Assembly: GCA_020137815.1 (NCBI GenBank)
Contig: CM035352.1
Span: 992,001-1,056,000 of the forward strand
From: Hormiphora californensis
Taxonomy: Eukaryota > Animalia > Ctenophora
Length of the DNA stretch: 64,000 nucleotides
Direction of reading: 5' to 3'
Made by a program: the position numbers and the translations under genes. Numbering within the stretch: position 1 is the stretch's first letter; every line of letters begins with the position of its first letter. Positions 58,167-64,000 of this stretch are shown in pieces. The notes under the pieces were generated by a model that did no database searches, had not been told where the DNA came from, and was given only the letters and a program-made list of their open reading frames with translations.

Positions 58167-58492
58167 ATTTCAAAAGCCATGTCTTTACTCAATCAACTAG
58201 TTAGCTACTCAACCTGTGCAACCGAGCCTTTATTCTGAGCCTTAGGACTAATTCACATCGAAAACACAATCCCTAGTTAGCTAATCAACCCTATCAATGA
58301 AGGAACTCCGAATATTTTCGATCGCTTATACACTAATCACAAAACGTGCATTCAATCTCGTGATGGACAACCACATTGCCAGACCGGGCCGCCTGGTACA
58401 GCATGGATTAGCCTAATTAACCAAAAATCTCGCTCCAATCTCATCTATTACATCCATGTTATTAGACTATCGAATAATTAAACGTGATTGTG
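58167..58492. mobile_element. Internally deleted relic of the 46170-47838 transposon
   Basis: Aligns to 46213-46460, 46623-46642 and 46963-47027. Confidence 0.8.
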
Positions 58493-58579
58493 CAAAGATT
58501 GGATAATGATTTGGTTGTAGTTCAAACCTAGGTTCTTTCTGGGGTGATTTGGTAAGTTACTTAATCTTCTTGTCCTATT

Positions 58580-59104
58580 TTACTTGCTATTCTTTAACAT
58601 CCTTAATTTTAGTTTCTTTCTTTTCTCTCTCGTTTTTAGCGTTTTAACCTTAACTTTCAGATACTTCTTATCGGCTTGAAGAGTTTCACACTTTTCTTGT
58701 AGTCTTAAAATTAATCTTCCTGTTTTAACAAGCTCATGCTCTAGTACTTTTACCTTCTCTTCCAATTTAATTGTCGTCTGCTTTCCCATCTTGTTGTATT
58801 CTTCTGCTGAAACACCTGATAACTCAATAGTATCACTTAATTCTCCATCTTCCATTTCTTCATGCTTCGGTATAACTTCCTCTACATATTGTGACAATAC
58901 TTTACGAGAACTCACATACCATGTCGGGAATGGTAGGTTCTCATCCTCCTCCTCACGTAAAAGCTCTATCTCCTGCTCCTCCGTTAACATTAGTGAAGAG
59001 TAACTTCCTTCGCTTCCCGTGCTGGATGTCCTGTCCCTGTTACCTTGGCCACCCCTTTCCTTAGGTTCGTCTTGCAATTGCGTACTTAGTACTGAAATAT
59101 CCAT
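58580..59104 (-). CDS. Intronless 174-aa acidic/coiled-coil ORF, possibly a retroelement gag/ORF1 N-terminus
   Basis: ATG-initiated ORF with a heptad-rich C-terminal half; no family motif recognised. Confidence 0.35.
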   Translation of the reverse strand: MDISVLSTQLQDEPKERGGQGNRDRTSSTGSEGSYSSLMLTEEQEIELLREEEDENLPFPTWYVSSRKVLSQYVEEVIPKHEEMEDGELSDTIELSGVSAEEYNKMGKQTTIKLEEKVKVLEHELVKTGRLILRLQEKCETLQADKKYLKVKVKTLKTREKRKKLKLRMLKNSK

Positions 59105-59834
59105 TTCTTGCTAAGATAAGAGTGGTAATTAGAACAGACATTCGTAACTTATGACACTTCGGGTGGGCAAAAACTTCAGGATTTCAATGGGATTACTAGT
59201 AAAACTGAGGTTGAGGGATCTGCCTTTCTCTATTTTTTTTTCATCTTTTTCTCTCTAACTTCTCTCTATCTCGCTTTCTATCCTCCTCTTTCTCTTTTTC
59301 TCTCCCTCTTTCGCTTCATCAATCTTCACCTATCTCTTTTTCTCTTTGTGGTACGGGATTAGATCTCACACATGTGATTCGATCCTCCTACTGGGGGTAG
59401 TTATGGTGCGAGATCAGATCTCTCGCATGGCTCATGTGAACTGCTCCAAATTGTCTTTGTCTCTTTCGCTCCTTCTCTCTTCATCTGTTTCTCTTTCTCT
59501 CTATATCTCTTTCTGTCTATCTCTCTTACTCTCTTACTCTCTTTCTCTCTCTCTTGCTTTCTATGCTATGCTATCTTTTTCTTCTTCTCTTTCTCTCTTT
59601 TTCTCGTTATATCTCTCTCTTTCTTTCCTTCTCTCTTTCTAACTGTCTCTTTCTCTCGTCTCCTATCTTTCGTCTACTTCTGTGGGACTGAGGTCTGGGG
59701 GTAGTTGTGACGAAATCCGACCTACAAAAGGTGATCCGATAGACAGCTACAGTACACACAATACAATCCCTATCTCTCTCTCTCTCTCGGTTCTCTCTCC
59801 CTCTTTTTCTCTCTATCTCTCTCTCTCTCTTTTG

Positions 59835-59892
<58 letters not shown>

Positions 59893-62800
59893 GGTTCTCT
59901 CTCCAGTCTCTCTCCAGTCTCTCTCCAGTCTCTATCTGACTTTCTATTTCTCTCTTGCTCGGCGCTCCCTCTATATCTATCTTTCTTCCTCTAGCTCTCT
60001 CACTATCTATCTCTCCCTATCTGTCTCTTCATAGGATAGATGCAACCATTTAATTTCTGTCCAAACATATAACTACCTACCTGGCCAGCCGGTTCCAACT
60101 CTGCAAGCAGGGTATCCCCCACCATACTCAAGGCAAAACTCGTTAATTGACGTTTTCGATCAGGGCCTTTCGGTTCTTTGGACTAATGTTAATTCATTGC
60201 TCAGCTTCTTCCTCTCATTATCTCTCTTCCTCTCATCTATCTTGACCAAGCTCACTCTGGAACTCTGGCTACTATTACTAATTACTATCAATACGTCTTG
60301 GTATTTTGCTAGGGAACGCATCTTATCTCTCGGTCTCTCGACGAAACTGTCAATTTTAGTTGTCAACTCGGTCATTTCAGCTAAAAGCTGGAGTGAGCTT
60401 ACAGCCTTCTTCAAATGTATCAAAAAGAATTGGCGGAGCACCTCTTCTATTGAAAGAGGTTTTCTCTTCAACTCAGCCTGGTTACTGACACTTAAGTTTC
60501 TGACGACATGTAATGCCGCCCATATAGATTGTACTATGAATGAAATGAATGAATGAATGAATGACTAATTACCCGTCATTACCCGTCCCGGCGCTTTTTC
60601 TACTATCTACCTCTCTCTGCCTTTCTTTCAGTCGGGTCGGCAATAGAAACTTTATGGTAGACTTCAAAAGATGCACCTGACTTCAAATGGGGTCGGCGGT
60701 CGCGGCGCCAGAAAGTGAGTGGGTACTGATCCAAATGGACAATAATTATACTCAGTCTAGAGGCGCTGGTCAGGAATACGGGGCGTTATGCCTCATGACC
60801 CTAATACATGTATCAATGTTCAACTAACCGAACAACAAGAAGTATCATGAATAGGTTGAATTCTAAATGGGGTTCAATCTATCATAGCACCAACAATAAT
60901 CACAATCATATTTCCCGTTCATTCTTGAGAGGCGGATTAAACCAGAATATTTGCGTTATGTTTTCATAACACCACCAAACTATGTTTTAGATGTAGAATA
61001 GTATCTTAATTAATTTAAAAAATTCTTTCTAGGCGGTTAAGTTATACATTCATTCTTCGGGGTGGTTGCTTTATTACCTAATTTAGTTTAAAACATCTAT
61101 CAATCTTGCTACATAATTTTTAAGGCCCGTTACCCGGGTATCCAGATTCGATGGTCTGGCAATTTAAACCACAAGTTACGAGATCTCGCCCATTTGATCG
61201 TGGCTCCCGCCAAGCAAATAAATGTCAAATTTTACCTACGGTTTGGTTGATAGCTCAAGTTATGAATTTCATACTAATATTTACGCAAATTTTCTTTCCC
61301 TGACTTTCACCTACAATTTAGCTCGAGTCTCAGAGACGAAATGGGAATTTTGGGTTTTCACTATCAGAGTTATCAGACTTTCTATTTTAGGTACGAGGTC
61401 ACTCCTTTCGGGGGTAAATAGGGTGAAATTCAAGCAGATTTATAATTTATTTCATACTCACTCCACCTTTCTAGATATTATGCCATGTTATTTTCACGAG
61501 AAATTTCCTAATTTTTATTTTCAATTGCACTTAATTAATGCTCACCAGGGGCGGTTTTTGGTATCCGATTGCTCTAGTTTCTCTCGTATATTCGTGCCGT
61601 AAAGCCCAAAATAAGTCGTTTGTATTTGGATAACATTACATTATATTGTCTTACTGACTTCATGTTGCTATGGCAACAGTTTATACCGATCTTTATCATG
61701 CCTTTCCGCAAAAGGCATGAATCATGACCCTGTGAGATAAGCTATTTAAATGTAACAATTGGATCAACTAATTAGGTATCAGACACAGGAAATTAGTTCC
61801 GTGAGTAATTCATCAAGAAGAAGCATGGTACAGTCACATATGTATGAACCGATTAATTCGATAACCTCAAAATATACCTCGAAGATGATCAAACCACCTA
61901 TAATAGCCTCCTCTAAGGACATCGACCAGATCCATTCAATGCTACTGAGGACCATATTTATTCGTTTAGCCCCTCTGGTACATATCTTTTATCAAATTAT
62001 TTATCATATCCAGTATCCATCAATGAATCGTTCCATGAGGTCACAGCCAGTCTATTGACACACAACTAACTCGGTAGATTCCTATCCGGCTGGGGTTCAG
62101 TTGTAATAAATTCCGTCTTGAGTTGGCCCTCTTGTGAAGAGTTTCTGTCACGTCTAGCTGCTTGGTTTCTGCTTGTTGGGAACAATGGAATACGAACGAT
62201 TTCTTAGTCTGAAATGGTTTCCGTTTTGAAAACGAAAGATAGCTTCAAGGATATTATAATGTACCTAGCATTTATTTAGCAATATATATATAGAACAACA
62301 AATATAATTTCTTATCATGTTTTACCATCTCTTCTAATCACTTTGTAATGTTATACCTACCTATGCAATGATCTCAATTCTTTCTCTCTTCTATTCTTTC
62401 TCAACATCTCTCAATGGTTCTAATATGGAGGTCTCAAATCTCTTCAAGTTTTCAAAAGTAACTTGTGCTCCTCCCAGCTCTCTTACTACTTGTATCTACC
62501 TCTAATTAAATTTAGATCAACAACTACTCCTGACGATAGTCAATTATATTATGGGCACAAATAGATCTGGATCTTCGTGTTATCAGCACGATGGGAAGTA
62601 ATATTCCTGGCACATACGGGACAGAATAAAATATGTAATACCTCAGCTCTCTCAGCTCTCTACATATGCAGCTCCAAATTTATTTCTCTCCCTCTATCTC
62701 TCTCGATATTTTTCTCCCAATCTCCCAATGCAATCCTCTCTCTGTACTCTGCACCTGATCACGCTATTATACTATTCTGCATGTGTTTTTAAACTACATA

Positions 62801-63409
62801 ACCAACTTGGACAGCCAACCCAATCAATCAATTACAGTTAGGCCGATATATATGGAAGTTCTAAATCGGTAAGATTGAATTCCCTAATTCCAAAATCCAA
62901 ATATTATATGAGCCTTTATCTATGTCTCTTTTACTCTCTCTCCGCCTTAGCTCTCTGTATCTCTTTCTTTCTCTTTCTCTCTTCTCTGTACCTCTTCTAC
63001 CTCTTTTTCTCTGTCCCTAGTAGGGACTTCAATTCCTACCTCTCTGTATCGTTATTCTCCATCTCTCTTCAACCTCTCTCTGCCTGTGTTTCTCTAACCC
63101 CTCTTTTTCTCTATTTTGATGAACTTGGGGGCAACTTTGTTACTGAATACACTAGTCGGAGGGAGTGCAACTCAACAAACTACTCTGCACGTGCTCCAAC
63201 ACGTACGCCACCCCAATCAAAAAGGGTAACTTTATAATATACGTTTCTACTTAACTATACCCGTCAACAAGTCCGATTATGGGGCCTCCATGCTGTACGC
63301 AATATGAAGGTGTAGCTCCTAATAATACACACCCAACTGTCGTACCACTAGATAATAGCTCAGATATAATGCACTAACCAGGGTGACTAAGTGCAACCGT
63401 AGACCAAGA

Positions 63410-64000
63410 GTAGACCAAAACAAACACATCTATATTATGGGGTCAGAACGATAATGTATCACTTACAATGCCACGTAACGACTATCGGTTAAACATATCT
63501 ACTCGACTACTCATTCTACCTAGTACTACGTATATTATATATCTTACTAAACTGAGAGAAGGGGGAAGATCGAGTGAAGCCTGTCGACACTATCAATGTC
63601 AAGCATAGTTCGGGCAGAGGTTCCAGGTAGAGATTCCATGTAGATCAGAGCAAGGCTGGAGAGCAACGAAGGTTGGGCTGGTAATCTGAGAACTGACAAC
63701 TCTGCTCCAGAGCTTCCTTAAGTACTTTTTCTGGCCCATTGTTTCCACAAGCGCATTCCTCCACGCTCCAGGTCGTGGTATGTACCGCGATATTTTGGAC
63801 GCGGCCGCGTCCAAAACATCGTCGTTTCTCCATTCTATTACATGTTTGGGACGACAAAATCATCGTCCTCACGACCATATATTCATCGTCCTCACGACCA
63901 TATATTCTTCGTCCCCGCAATGTTATTCCATGATAATAAGACGAAGAATTTAGACTTTGTAAACCAAGAAATAATCGTCGGACGACGAAACAGACTCACG
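63410..64000. repeat. Direct repeat, copy 2 (runs off the window; many 1-bp indels)
   Basis: Colinear with 54317-54938. Confidence 0.9.

Noticed and set aside
60160-60556. 103-aa and 119-aa ORFs
   Set aside because: No recognisable family and no clear exon chain; possibly a fragment, but not supportable

Overview
This is compact eukaryotic (animal) DNA with short GT-AG introns and CTAAC-type branch points. It is probably a ctenophore, an inference from the epsilon-type glutamate receptor with a Cys-rich M1-M2 loop. Protein genes: two tandem SLC17/MFS transporters, the 3' exons of NDE1/NDEL1, an MMP24OS-like small gene whose 9-kb last intron holds an intronless same-strand iGluR and a 4.3-kb 33-bp satellite, TBC1D7, ZFYVE19, an hnRNP A/B/D-like RRM gene, RPL6, AK9 and an LPCAT3-like MBOAT. 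Several MITEs are present. The main result is the apparently empty region at about 24.4-35.7 kb. It is a minus-strand non-coding gene of about 46 tiny exons and about 45 introns, with one small RNA in nearly every intron. I count 39 box C/D snoRNAs (including two U14), one U17/snR30, two further H/ACA candidates and three unassigned structured RNAs. Box D usually sits about 63-76 nt from the 3' splice site. Most C/D guides match conserved 18S/28S sequence and hit a known 2'-O-methylation site at the D+5 position. A duplicate of the host's 3' end with two more snoRNAs lies at 20.5-21.4 kb. rRNA positions are S. cerevisiae numbering recalled from established knowledge. No searches were run, and counts and coordinates were read by eye.
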